NCBI GenBank assembly: GCA_964409035.1
Contig: CAYPBQ010000003.1
Coordinates: 105,530 to 169,529, forward strand
DNA: 64,000 nt
Direction: 5' to 3'
Source of the DNA: an uncultured Candidatus Saccharibacteria bacterium
Lineage (GTDB): Bacteria > Patescibacteriota > Minisyncoccia > Phycocordibacterales > UBA12088
Positions 48,004 through 58,052 of this stretch are shown here, piece after piece (within the stretch, counting starts at the first letter, position 1; the number at the start of each line of letters is the position of its first letter). The position numbers and the translations under genes were made by a program. The notes under the pieces were generated by a model. The model saw only the letters and a program-made list of their open reading frames with translations, searched no databases and was not told the origin of the DNA.

Positions 48004-49389
48004 CTAGTCAAGAGCGTTATTAATGGATATATCCTCTGCAGAGACCGGAAACGCCTGTTTCCAGAATGGGCGCAGTGTCACCTCGGCCTTATCTATGCTT
48101 GGATAGCCTGAAAGTACCGTATAAAGCGCTTGCCTATTCTTTCCAGCTAAGTCATTTTTCAGTGTTTCTGCATCAAATAGCCACTTAAATTGAACAGTAC
48201 CCTTTATGGATAATTGGACAGAAGAAATACTTGTCGAGTCGCCAGATATTGGTGTTGCTAGCGAAATTTCCAAATCAGATAGGTTTTCTATGCTTACATC
48301 CTCATTGTTGTAATCAGTAAGGGTTGCGCTAGCTAATGCCTTTGCCAGTGCGAGCTCATCAAGCATGATGTAGTGAGCGGTCACTTTCTCCTCTAGTAGT
48401 ACTGATTCATTACTATCAGCGTTTTTTGGCTCAGCGGATTCTATCGCTACGCTTACTAGGTCTGGATTAACATAGAAGCCATCTTTCTTCTCACTAAGCA
48501 GCTTCTTTTCTAATGACTCAAGTAATGTAGAGGTCATTGCTGAGCGAGTGCTGGTGATTACCGCATCATCAGCGATTCGCTTTATTCCATTATAACCACC
48601 CGTAAAGGGTGTGTTGGTAATTGCTTCAAAACCAGAGAATCGAGGCGAACCAGAGAATCCTGGTATGGTCATTTTTGCAGACTGCACATTGTATTCCTCG
48701 CCTGGGGCATCAGCATAGAGGGTCGTAACCACCTTTCCGGGTATTACCTCACCATTAGTGTTCTTGGTTAATCCAGGTACTTCAACCGCCTCACGTATTC
48801 GGTAAATTTTTTTATCGGTTGTCTCAAATCTTGTATTGCCAATAAGGCGTTGGCTATCAGGCGAATATGTATTAATTATGGTGACTTCACCCTTTGCATA
48901 CTCCTTGACTGATGCCTCCTTAACAGAAGGAATTACCTCACTAGCTGTATCAGTAAGTGACATAACCTCAAATGTAAGTAGTGCATCAGGTGCTTTATCT
49001 GCTCTAATGGTGCCATTGAAGAATGCAGACTCCTTTTTTGGATACACTGTCACATTAGCGCCAGAAAGTATCATGGAAAATGCTGCTGCAAGGATACCTA
49101 TCGCTATAAATGAACTGATCCATATTGAATATCGAGGCCCTCTTTTTCTGCCTTCGTTGCTAATTGGCTGAGTGTAATCCTCACGCTCTAGCCTGCGTTG
49201 TGGTGTTTTAGGAATAGGCTGCACCTTTTTAAGTGGCGGTCTTTCATACTGCTCATCAGCATTTTTATGCGGCGGTCTTGCTATCTCAATCTCACGTATA
49301 GTTGAGATATGCTCTCGGGTGCTAGCCATCTTTTGTGGGCTTCGACGAGATGCTGGAAGAATATCCTGAATAACTTTTTTGTTTCGCAT
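48004..49389 (-). CDS. Single-TM hypothetical protein with a baseplate-J/gp47-like beta-rich region
   Basis: Disordered N-terminus, TM, AKGEVTIIN...ADAPGEEYN...FTGG pattern. Confidence 0.5.
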   Translation of the reverse strand: MRNKKVIQDILPASRRSPQKMASTREHISTIREIEIARPPHKNADEQYERPPLKKVQPIPKTPQRRLEREDYTQPISNEGRKRGPRYSIWISSFIAIGILAAAFSMILSGANVTVYPKKESAFFNGTIRADKAPDALLTFEVMSLTDTASEVIPSVKEASVKEYAKGEVTIINTYSPDSQRLIGNTRFETTDKKIYRIREAVEVPGLTKNTNGEVIPGKVVTTLYADAPGEEYNVQSAKMTIPGFSGSPRFSGFEAITNTPFTGGYNGIKRIADDAVITSTRSAMTSTLLESLEKKLLSEKKDGFYVNPDLVSVAIESAEPKNADSNESVLLEEKVTAHYIMLDELALAKALASATLTDYNNEDVSIENLSDLEISLATPISGDSTSISSVQLSIKGTVQFKWLFDAETLKNDLAGKNRQALYTVLSGYPSIDKAEVTLRPFWKQAFPVSAEDISINNALD

Positions 49390-49399
49390 GATGAATATA

Positions 49400-50590
49400 T
49401 TATCTCATAGAACTATTAGCATAAAAGAGTACGCACAATCCTAGCGTGCCATCAAGCATCACTTCTCGGTGAGCGGTTAAAAAGGTACTCATTTCCCTTC
49501 CTGAAATGATGGCAACTGGTATATGTCGTAAATGTAGCTCTCCTGTGACTGGTGATAGTGCGTGTATCACTTGTTCTGAAAAAAACATGACAACTGAATC
49601 ATCTGCAGTGATGCTGATGGTAGAAAATAATGGATACTCTGACTCAATCTTCTCGAGTGTGATAGCAAGCGCTGTTGACCACTGTGCAAGAACCTTTTCA
49701 ACACTTTTTGTAACTATGTCTGCCTCTTTACCCTTTGCAAACTTTTTCGTTGCAAATAGTGTAAATCTTGTCATGGCATCATATTCATTTGTCTTGAGTG
49801 AAGCCTGAATTGCTCGTACAAATGAATTTTTGCCAATTGGTAACGATCCTACGTGTAAAATGGCCTTTCCATCATGAAGAATGATATCTGTCGCCTCTGC
49901 AGCCACATCAACATATAAGGAAATACCAGGGGCTTTGCGCAACACTTCAAGAGTAGATGCCGCAATAAATGGGTATGTAGCAATGTCGATATACTCTGGA
50001 TTAAACATCTTACTAAGAACAGCTTCGACTTTACTGATGATGTCCTCAGAGACAAAACTGATATAGGTATCAACTTCGATGTACGAAGCCTCCAATTTCT
50101 TTTCTAACGATGTATCGTAGCCATTAAGTCGTATACCAGTTGCATTACACTCAACAAGTTTTTGCCCTTTACTTTCTCCTGAGGTAAGGAGAGATTTTTC
50201 ATCATGTAGGAGTGCATCGACTGTTTGCATCGATATTAACTCATGCTTTGGATACTGTTTGCAGATAGTCTTGGTGTGAGCAGAATACCAAGGAGAACTA
50301 AAGACACACACTAGCTTCTTTACTGTGCATGAGTAGGTGCTCGATAGTAGCGGTATTCCCTCGCTTCGTACACGCATAGTAACCACCAAGAGTGATGAAA
50401 TCATCGCTTTGAGTAGTTGCTCGTGATTCTCGGTTGTTGCATCTATAGGCTCTGTTGTCGCGTACACAATGTGCGGCTTCTTTGCGGTTGTGTATACGGT
50501 AAGTGAGCAACTAATATGTCCACTACCAATGTCAAAAATGATCATTGCATCCTTCTCATCATCTGCAAAATGTGAACCAAAAAAGTGCAT
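49400..50590 (-). CDS. Divergent FtsA/actin-fold protein
   Basis: FDIGSG phosphate-1 motif, LNGY, VDVAAEATDI, LPIGKN. Confidence 0.55.
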   Translation of the reverse strand: MHFFGSHFADDEKDAMIIFDIGSGHISCSLTVYTTAKKPHIVYATTEPIDATTENHEQLLKAMISSLLVVTMRVRSEGIPLLSSTYSCTVKKLVCVFSSPWYSAHTKTICKQYPKHELISMQTVDALLHDEKSLLTSGESKGQKLVECNATGIRLNGYDTSLEKKLEASYIEVDTYISFVSEDIISKVEAVLSKMFNPEYIDIATYPFIAASTLEVLRKAPGISLYVDVAAEATDIILHDGKAILHVGSLPIGKNSFVRAIQASLKTNEYDAMTRFTLFATKKFAKGKEADIVTKSVEKVLAQWSTALAITLEKIESEYPLFSTISITADDSVVMFFSEQVIHALSPVTGELHLRHIPVAIISGREMSTFLTAHREVMLDGTLGLCVLFYANSSMR

Positions 50591-50654
50591 ATGCCAGTAT
50601 AGTATACACCACTCATACAATTGTAAGAGTGGTGATAACACAACTAGGTATCAC

Positions 50655-52532
50655 TTAAGAGAGTATTGCCTTTATTCTACGTGTGCCTGCGGCAACAGAT
50701 TCTTCCTTTGTGATATGAAAGGTTCCAAGTACTCCTGTGTGCTCAACATGCGGGCCACCACAGAGCTCCATACTAAATGGCTTCATTGGATCTCCAATAG
50801 AATATACACGTACCACATCACCGTATTTTTCTCCGAAGACTCCAACTGCTCCACGCTCCTTTGCTTGAGCAAGCGGCATGTCGGTCGCGGTTACCACCAA
50901 ATCCTCCTTGATCTTGTCATTTACTATCTTCTCAACTTGTCTGAGCTGCTCTTCAGTTATTTTCTCATGATGATTAAAGTCAAAACGCAATCGTTCGCTG
51001 GTTATATTGCTACCACGTTGCTCGATGTGTGTTCCAAGAACATCTTTAAGTGCCTGATTAAGCAGGTGTGTAGCAGTGTGGTATTTGACCACAATTTCAG
51101 AATGATCAGCGAGTCCCCCCTTAAATTTCTGCTCTGCTCCTGCACGGCTTAGTTCTTGGTGCTTTCGCATCTCCTCGGTATATGTAGCCTTATCAACAGT
51201 GACGCCTCGCTCCTCTGCCATTTCTTCAGTCATCTCAATAGGAAAGCCGTACGTGGTGAATAGTATGAACGCATCCACCCCTGAAATAGCACCGGTTGCG
51301 GAAATTTTTTCAAATTCCTTAAGTCCGCGTTCGAGTGTCTTTCTAAAGCGATCCTCCTCCTCTGCAATTACCGAGGTTATAGTTGATTCAAGTGCGACAA
51401 GCTCTGGATAGTAGTCTTTATACATTGAAATCACCACTGCGGCAGCATCCTTTAGCACGCCTTCCTTTATTGATAGTGAGTCAGCGTACCGTACTGCCCT
51501 GCGGAGTAGGCGACGTAATACATATCCCGAGTCTGTGTTTGCAGGTCGTGCGCCATCAGCAATAATAAATACCGCACCCTTAAGGTGGTCTGCGACAACC
51601 CTAAACGCCTTTAACTCTGAAGGGCTAGCATGTTGGTATGACTTACCCGATGCTTGCTCAAGCATTGCAAGTATCTCTTTGTGCGCGATAGGAAATACGT
51701 CATTAACATTATTTGCAGCAGCGCAAAGTCGTTCAAGTCCACCACCAAAGTCAACATTGCTTTTAGGAAGCTTTGCAAATGAGCCATCTTCTTGCTTTAT
51801 ATACTCCATGAATACGGAGTTGCCAATTTCAAGAAATCGTCCACAGTCACAATTGGGGTGGCAGTGCTCACCAAACGCAGTATTGTGTGGAGTACCAAAG
51901 TCATAAAATAGTTCTGAGTCTGGGCCACCTGGTTCACCTTTAGGCATATTTTCAGGAACCCCTGCTCTGCTCCACCAATTCTTCTTTGCATCGTAGTAAA
52001 ATATTCTCCCCCCTTGCATCCCTTTTAGCGCTCCGTCAGATTCTTTTCCTATAAAGACATCCTTAGCGTCCATGCCAACTGTTGCAAATAGTTGTTTCCA
52101 CAACTCAACCGCTTTATCGTCTCTTGCAATTGCATTTGTGTCATCGCCAGCAAATACAGTCACGTATAAATTGTTTGGATTAATACCTATGCCCACTGTC
52201 GGGTTTGTAAGAAACTCAAATACCCAGTGTAGTTGCTCCTCTTTGAAGTAATCACCAAATGACCAATTACCTAACATTTCAAAAAATGTGGTGTGTCGGT
52301 TATCGCCCACCTCTTCAATATCCATCTGTCTAAAACATTTTTGACTGTCAACAATTCTGGTGCCTAGCGGATGCTCCTTACCTAAAAGATATGGAAGCAG
52401 TGGCTGCATACCGCTACCGGTAAACAAGGTTGTTGGATCATTTTGTGGCAATAGAGATGCAGAAGGGATTACTTTGTGGCCCTTAGATTGCATGTATGCG
52501 ATATATCTCGCCCTAATTTCTTGAAGTGTCAT
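50655..52532 (-). CDS. alaS: Alanine--tRNA ligase (short form)
   Basis: FTGSGMQ, HTTFFEMLGN, GLER, HTATH, ELCGGPH; ends right after the editing domain. Confidence 0.95.
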   Translation of the reverse strand: MTLQEIRARYIAYMQSKGHKVIPSASLLPQNDPTTLFTGSGMQPLLPYLLGKEHPLGTRIVDSQKCFRQMDIEEVGDNRHTTFFEMLGNWSFGDYFKEEQLHWVFEFLTNPTVGIGINPNNLYVTVFAGDDTNAIARDDKAVELWKQLFATVGMDAKDVFIGKESDGALKGMQGGRIFYYDAKKNWWSRAGVPENMPKGEPGGPDSELFYDFGTPHNTAFGEHCHPNCDCGRFLEIGNSVFMEYIKQEDGSFAKLPKSNVDFGGGLERLCAAANNVNDVFPIAHKEILAMLEQASGKSYQHASPSELKAFRVVADHLKGAVFIIADGARPANTDSGYVLRRLLRRAVRYADSLSIKEGVLKDAAAVVISMYKDYYPELVALESTITSVIAEEEDRFRKTLERGLKEFEKISATGAISGVDAFILFTTYGFPIEMTEEMAEERGVTVDKATYTEEMRKHQELSRAGAEQKFKGGLADHSEIVVKYHTATHLLNQALKDVLGTHIEQRGSNITSERLRFDFNHHEKITEEQLRQVEKIVNDKIKEDLVVTATDMPLAQAKERGAVGVFGEKYGDVVRVYSIGDPMKPFSMELCGGPHVEHTGVLGTFHITKEESVAAGTRRIKAILS

Positions 52533-52552
52533 AGTAGTCACAATATAGTAAT

Positions 52553-52780
52553 TTACTGGAGAAAGTCAAAGTAGCCAAACGAGGTAATTTCTGCAAAATA
52601 CCCCACTATGATAAACGTGATACCAAGTATTGCTACGTATCGCTCATGGCTCATTCTCGACAGAACATCACTATCAATTCTATGCTCTTTGAGTATCTTT
52701 GCGTGTACAGAAAGTACGCAAATACCCAACACCACCTTTCCAAGCATTGACAACGTCATACCAATCAAGAGTAGGTCCAT
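52553..52780 (-). CDS. Small two-TM hypothetical protein
   Basis: 75-aa ORF in an operon-like run. Confidence 0.7.
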   Translation of the reverse strand: MDLLLIGMTLSMLGKVVLGICVLSVHAKILKEHRIDSDVLSRMSHERYVAILGITFIIVGYFAEITSFGYFDFLQ

Positions 52781-52793
52781 ATAATGTAATTAA

Positions 52794-54563
52794 CTATAGC
52801 ATTCCCTCCTTTTTAGCTAGAGCGGTAAGTTTGGCTACATCCTCTCTCATACTTTGTAATCCATCACTAAACACGCTACCGTCCTTTGTCGCTATTCCAA
52901 TTGACGCAAAAATCTTTTCGGGCGACATAGATTCCCCGAGTGAAAGGAAGTGGTCTATTTTTACCGTATACGATTTGTCCTTTTTGTAACGAGCTGCAAT
53001 TGCCTTAGCGACAAGTATTCCGTACGCATAGGTATATACGTAAAAGAATCGTCGTATATGGCTTATGTATAGGTATCCATATCCATTATCAGGGTCAATG
53101 ACTACATCCTTTCCCATATATGAGGAAAGGTGCTTGGTGAATAGTGACGCAATTTCTTTATTTTGGACAAATCCATGTTCTCTTATCTTTTGGTGAAGTT
53201 CAAGTTCAAACTGAAAAAATGCAATTTGGCGATGAATAGTTGATATGTCGTGATGGATTTTGTCATGAAGCATAATCATCTGCTCACGTGCCGATGCGCG
53301 CTCAAACAAGTAATCAAATGCGAGTGATTCAAATAGGGTACTTGCCACCTCTGCTACTGCAATTGAGTGATTTTCGTAATGTGAAGGTTGACTGCGAGAT
53401 CGCTCAGCGTGTATTGCGTGCCCCATTTCATGCACAAGCGTAAAGAAATCGTCTACTGTATCCTTGTGATTTAATAGAACGAATACCGGTCTACCGTGTA
53501 CGCTAGAGCAAAATGCGCCGCCACCTTTATGTTGTCTTGGAAATACATCGATTTGTCCGTTCTGAAGATAATCCTCAAGTATTGTTGCGTAATCTGGGTT
53601 TATACTAGAAAAAATTTTCTTTGCACTTTCAACAGCTTCAGTGAATGGTATTTTCTTCTTTGTGCTTCCAAGCGATATGTTTCTATCAATGTAATGAAAT
53701 GCATCTAGCTTTAGAAGACGCTTTTTTAATTTGTAGAAGGTGTGAGCGATATCATTTGATGTTTGTACCGCGCTCACGAGAGCCTCTACCTCCTTTTCAG
53801 AATTTTGATTGCCAAGTACCATTGCAGTGTATGGCTTAGCATAACCTCTTAGTTCATCATTGATTTTTTTATCTGTGTAGATTGCATTGATTTCACTTTC
53901 AGCAAAGTCAGAAATAGATTTAAGTCTTGTTAATATCTCCTTTGACAGAGCGAGCCTATCCTTCTGCTTTGGCAAATATGAAGCATTAGAAATAGCTTCA
54001 TGTATCGGGTACGTCACCCCTTTATATGTAATAGTTTGTTTATTAAGAAGCTTTTCCGAGCCACTTACCCACATAGATGAAGCCGGCAGTGATTTAAGTG
54101 TTATGATTTTCTCTTCAGCTTCTGTGAGATTGTACTTTGCGTGCTTAAATGTGGTTTCAAGCAGGTACTTGTACTGCTCAAATCTCTTATCTGCAAGGAT
54201 ATCGCGCTGTAGTGACGCAGGCACTTTAGCTAAGTACAAAGGAAAAAACACAATTCTGTTATATGCCTTGGTAATTCTCTGTGAGAGTGTTGTTTCCATT
54301 GACTCTGCATAGGTATCGCTACTATCAATTTCACGTTTGAGGCTAAAGTAATAGACAGGATTAGATTTTGAAAGCATCTCTTGCAGTTCATGATATTTCA
54401 TGAACATTGGAAATAGCTCATCAACACTCTTCGTTGTCTGAAGAGTGTTTTTGTACTTTTTCTCAAATGCAGCACATGTAGCTTCTATTTTCTTGACGTC
54501 TTCTAAAATTGCTGGATCCTTATCAGATGTATAGAGTAACGATAGATTCCAGGAAGTCTGCAT
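52794..54563 (-). CDS. pepF: M3 family oligoendopeptidase F
   Basis: WNLS.LY, KGGGAFC, HEMGH, AEVAS, FYVYTYA. Confidence 0.9.
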   Translation of the reverse strand: MQTSWNLSLLYTSDKDPAILEDVKKIEATCAAFEKKYKNTLQTTKSVDELFPMFMKYHELQEMLSKSNPVYYFSLKREIDSSDTYAESMETTLSQRITKAYNRIVFFPLYLAKVPASLQRDILADKRFEQYKYLLETTFKHAKYNLTEAEEKIITLKSLPASSMWVSGSEKLLNKQTITYKGVTYPIHEAISNASYLPKQKDRLALSKEILTRLKSISDFAESEINAIYTDKKINDELRGYAKPYTAMVLGNQNSEKEVEALVSAVQTSNDIAHTFYKLKKRLLKLDAFHYIDRNISLGSTKKKIPFTEAVESAKKIFSSINPDYATILEDYLQNGQIDVFPRQHKGGGAFCSSVHGRPVFVLLNHKDTVDDFFTLVHEMGHAIHAERSRSQPSHYENHSIAVAEVASTLFESLAFDYLFERASAREQMIMLHDKIHHDISTIHRQIAFFQFELELHQKIREHGFVQNKEIASLFTKHLSSYMGKDVVIDPDNGYGYLYISHIRRFFYVYTYAYGILVAKAIAARYKKDKSYTVKIDHFLSLGESMSPEKIFASIGIATKDGSVFSDGLQSMREDVAKLTALAKKEGML

Positions 54564-54573
54564 GAAAATTTGG

Positions 54574-55146
54574 TTATCGGGATAAAAACTCAGTGTACTC
54601 TTCAAATGCTTTGTCGTACTCGTCTAGTAATCTTTTATTGTCGATCTTGCGGGCAACAATCTCCCGTATCTGTTTGTATATCTCAGTGCGTTCCTTGTTT
54701 GTACCTCCAAAATCATGATGAAATTCGTGATCATCAGCACCTTTGTACCAAAGTACCATTGAACGGATGTTGTGTATTTTGTCTGCGGCAGCAACATATG
54801 CGGATTCCTTTGGCGCTTCTTCCAAGGTTTTAATATATGAGAGATGTCGCTCCTTCCAATTTTTTGGAGTGCCATCATCATCGAGTATCGTTACACCACG
54901 TACGATACTACATATTCTTGGACCAAAATCATTTTCAAGCTCATCAAAACCATACATGGTGTCCTCTATTGTGTCGTGAAGTAGTGCAGAGGCAATAATC
55001 TCATCATCATCAGTGTAGTCAGTAAGGATAAGTGCCACTGCAAATACATGCGACAATGTAGGGAGTAAGTCCCCTTTTCTGTGCTGGCCATCATGGAGTG
55101 CGGCTGTTTTCCTAACCGCCTTTTCAACTACTCTACTGTAATGCAT
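54574..55146 (-). CDS. HD-domain protein (RelA/SpoT hydrolase, Mesh1-like)
   Basis: HDGQHRKG, ALLHDTIED, ADKIHN. Confidence 0.85.
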   Translation of the reverse strand: MHYSRVVEKAVRKTAALHDGQHRKGDLLPTLSHVFAVALILTDYTDDDEIIASALLHDTIEDTMYGFDELENDFGPRICSIVRGVTILDDDGTPKNWKERHLSYIKTLEEAPKESAYVAAADKIHNIRSMVLWYKGADDHEFHHDFGGTNKERTEIYKQIREIVARKIDNKRLLDEYDKAFEEYTEFLSR

Positions 55147-55189
55147 TAGTAAATAGTAGCAAAGACTCTTGCTAAGACAAAATCACTTA

Positions 55190-55903
55190 TTACATCTTTT
55201 TTATTGTCGCCTCTTTTCTGAGTGTCTCTACATGCTCGGCAACAATGGTTACTACCTTTTGTCGTATTAGTTCGCTTTCAATCAATGAGCGCACCTTCTC
55301 AAGTGGCGGGGCATTCTCAACACTTGATACAACCTTTTCATAGGTAGAGAGTATTTCTTCGTCCTCAGCCACCACCTCTTCAATAGCCGTTACATCGACG
55401 AGGTATTTTTGAATTTTAATTTGATCTGCAATATTCTTTTTTATTTCCTCCTCTGTTAGTTTGTTTGCCTCCATGTATGCCGAAAATTCTTCCTTTCCGT
55501 TGAGCATGGTAACAAGATCGTTGTACTCCTTCAGTATTTCGTATTCAGTTGCCGTCATATTATTTTTCTCGGATGCCTGCAGGAGTAGCAGATTGCTGAT
55601 CATTTCATCCAAGAATTTTTCGCGATATTCAAGTAGTACATCCTTATCTTTGAAATCAACACCCTCAGACTCGTAGATTATCATTGCCTTACTAAATGAG
55701 TCGTTAAATTCAAGTTGGGTGATTTCAGTACCATTTACCGACGCGATAACGCTATTTGGAGTAAAGTACTTTGAACCAATTTCAGTAGTGCTAACAACAT
55801 ATAGCAATGTGCCAATAACAATCACCGCAACAAGAGCAAGCATTATCCTGCTCTGTTTTTTTGCTGCGTTTGTTCTTGCATCATTTATTCCTTCGATTCC
55901 CAT
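55190..55903 (-). CDS. SurA N-terminal-domain chaperone-like protein
   Basis: TM, IASVNGTEIT, LLLQ, LRKEATI. Confidence 0.75.
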   Translation of the reverse strand: MGIEGINDARTNAAKKQSRIMLALVAVIVIGTLLYVVSTTEIGSKYFTPNSVIASVNGTEITQLEFNDSFSKAMIIYESEGVDFKDKDVLLEYREKFLDEMISNLLLLQASEKNNMTATEYEILKEYNDLVTMLNGKEEFSAYMEANKLTEEEIKKNIADQIKIQKYLVDVTAIEEVVAEDEEILSTYEKVVSSVENAPPLEKVRSLIESELIRQKVVTIVAEHVETLRKEATIKKM

Positions 55904-55907
55904 ACTG

Positions 55908-56210
55908 TTATTGTACTACACAGGTACCATTTGGCATACAATTTATTTTGACCCCCTCTTTGAAAAGTAGCTCGATCTTACGCTTCTTTCCCCTATTATA
56001 TTCTCCAACTTCACGGCTGGTCTTGATTACGCGATGGCATGGTATCTCATCATTGTAGTTTTTTGCCATAAGATACCCAACATAACGAGCGTTAGCAGGA
56101 TACCCAGATCGTATTGCAACCTCCTTGTATGAGAGAGTGCTACCCACCTTAATACCCTTTACCACATTTAAAATCGCTTCTTTTTTACTATTGCTTGCCT
56201 TTTGTAACAT
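55908..56210 (-). CDS. MGMT-family O6-alkylguanine alkyltransferase (DNA-binding domain only)
   Basis: SYKEVA, ARYVG, IPCHRVI, LLFKEG. Confidence 0.88.
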   Translation of the reverse strand: MLQKASNSKKEAILNVVKGIKVGSTLSYKEVAIRSGYPANARYVGYLMAKNYNDEIPCHRVIKTSREVGEYNRGKKRKIELLFKEGVKINCMPNGTCVVQ

Positions 56211-56949
56211 GATTCTTAAATGCATTACCGGCACCCTCTCTGTATGGGCAATATTCACATAGCGTACCGCTCTTTGGTATAGAGTCTGACTCAAGTGTTT
56301 CCTTAATTCTTAGAAGAAGTGGTTCTATCCATGTGTCAGTACCGGTGTGTTGGATAAGTGCGACATCAAACAGTAATTTTGCATTAAAGGAAGGCTCTGT
56401 TTTTTTACCGTTTACATATACAAAATAAGCATTATCAGATACCGAGAAGCCGTTACCTCTAAGAAGCCATGCGTAAAACTCTACCTGACGCTTATATTGC
56501 TCTCCCCACCTGCCCTCCAGTGTAGGTGTTTCTGCTTTTGCAGTTGCCTTATAATCAACCACATATAGGGTATCAGTCTTGTCCACCCATAAATCATCTA
56601 CCGCACCGAAAAAGACAATATTAGTATCTTTATGGTGATGCCGAATGCCGGTAAAGTTAGCGCGCCATTCCTCTAAGTCCTTGTGACTATACGGTACTAA
56701 TTCAGATAATCCAGCCTCAACACAAAGTGGGTGTGGAGTTTTTGAGGCTCTATGTGTGTCGAATTCCTTTTTTAATAACTCATCAACAGCCAAATTGAGA
56801 GTAAAGCTTGCCATTGATGGGCGCTTTATCCCTAAACGTTCAAGAAGATAAAAACAGCGCGGACACTCAAGAAATAAATCAATTTTTGATCTGCTAAGGG
56901 TATGCGGCGTTTTGGCGCCTTTGGTGTATGTCTTAGGTGTATAACTCAT
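56188..56949 (-). CDS. PD-(D/E)XK RecB/Cas4-like nuclease
   Basis: CPRCFY, GAVDD, VVDYKA, QVEFY, CEYCPY. Confidence 0.85.
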   Translation of the reverse strand: MSYTPKTYTKGAKTPHTLSRSKIDLFLECPRCFYLLERLGIKRPSMASFTLNLAVDELLKKEFDTHRASKTPHPLCVEAGLSELVPYSHKDLEEWRANFTGIRHHHKDTNIVFFGAVDDLWVDKTDTLYVVDYKATAKAETPTLEGRWGEQYKRQVEFYAWLLRGNGFSVSDNAYFVYVNGKKTEPSFNAKLLFDVALIQHTGTDTWIEPLLLRIKETLESDSIPKSGTLCEYCPYREGAGNAFKNHVTKGKQ

Positions 56950-56963
56950 GGCAACACTTGCAA

Positions 56964-57452
56964 TTATTTATTGTCGGCAATGACTTCAGTGTCATCAGAC
57001 CATGCGTGTTGCATCTTATCTTCAACAGTCCACAACGCTCTGAATACAAACAAAACCAACAACGTACCCACAACTGCGATAAAGTAATAGCCAAGACCAA
57101 TTGCAACACCAATTGCGGAAGTTACCCATAAACCCGCGGCAGTAGTAATACCTTTTGGAGTGGCATCTCTAAACATGATGATACCTGCTCCAATAAAGCC
57201 AATGCCAGTTACAACACCAGCAATAACTCTAAAGGGATCAGAAATGCCAAATCCATCAGGGCTTACCGAATAAATGACAGCAAGAGAGGTGTAGAGGGTA
57301 GATGCCATTGCAACAAGTGCGTGAGTGCGCATGCCTGCTGTTTTACCTGCCATTTTTCTTTCAGCGCCAAGCAACATTCCAAGGGTAATAGCAACTACAA
57401 GCTGTAGCGATAGTACGATTTCTTGGTTAGTAATGAAGTTGCTTATTTCCAT
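56964..57452 (-). CDS. MgtC/SapB family protein
   Basis: GAER..AGMRTH, TGIGFIGAG, GITTAAGLW. Confidence 0.92.
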   Translation of the reverse strand: MEISNFITNQEIVLSLQLVVAITLGMLLGAERKMAGKTAGMRTHALVAMASTLYTSLAVIYSVSPDGFGISDPFRVIAGVVTGIGFIGAGIIMFRDATPKGITTAAGLWVTSAIGVAIGLGYYFIAVVGTLLVLFVFRALWTVEDKMQHAWSDDTEVIADNK

Positions 57453-57458
57453 ACATTA

Positions 57459-58019
57459 TTACTGCGCGGTTGCGACAAAGAATTTCATTATGACCTGCGA
57501 AGTTGCAACATCAGTTATCGGCTTATCCGCACCAAGAGTAAATTGTCTGTCACCGTTATCACCATACAACACTGCTGCATAGGTGTTACCTACTACAGTA
57601 TTTCTAAGTAGTGATACTGTACCGCTCCACGATCCCTCGCTGAAATGTTGCGCTCCTAGGGCGTTGCCTAGCTCTCCTTCTACAACTTCGTGTATTACTA
57701 TCCAACCTCCCATTGAAGGAAATGTGACAGAGGTTATATTTACATGATTTCCTGAAAGCTGATTGTTTACCTCAAGATCAACTGCTGATGCTGATACAGA
57801 GATGTCGGTTACCGCTGGAGTAGTAGTCGGTGTCTTTGATGTTGTGGTGGCAGCATTATTAGTGCTTACTTCACTTTCGTTACTTGGAGCTTCTGCTTTC
57901 TCAGTATTAACAGCCCAAATCCACACTGCACCCGCTCCAACCAATAGACCTACCACAAATGCTACTGCAAGCTGCTTGTGAGAGTCCGCACTTAATTCGT
58001 ATGTTGGCATGCTGTCCAT
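57459..58019 (-). CDS. Membrane-anchored exported hypothetical protein
   Basis: TM, S/T-rich linker, beta-rich domain (GGWIVIH, YAAVLYGDNGD). Confidence 0.7.
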   Translation of the reverse strand: MDSMPTYELSADSHKQLAVAFVVGLLVGAGAVWIWAVNTEKAEAPSNESEVSTNNAATTTSKTPTTTPAVTDISVSASAVDLEVNNQLSGNHVNITSVTFPSMGGWIVIHEVVEGELGNALGAQHFSEGSWSGTVSLLRNTVVGNTYAAVLYGDNGDRQFTLGADKPITDVATSQVIMKFFVATAQ

Positions 58020-58052
58020 AGTTTATCCTTAACTGCTAGTAGTATGTCGCTA

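Noticed and set aside
48004-49389. Prophage inferred from the baseplate-like protein
   Set aside because: No other phage genes; flanked by core translation genes; the protein has a TM anchor
56188-56949. Cas4 / CRISPR locus
   Set aside because: No repeat-spacer array or other cas genes in the window; stand-alone PD-(D/E)XK nuclease
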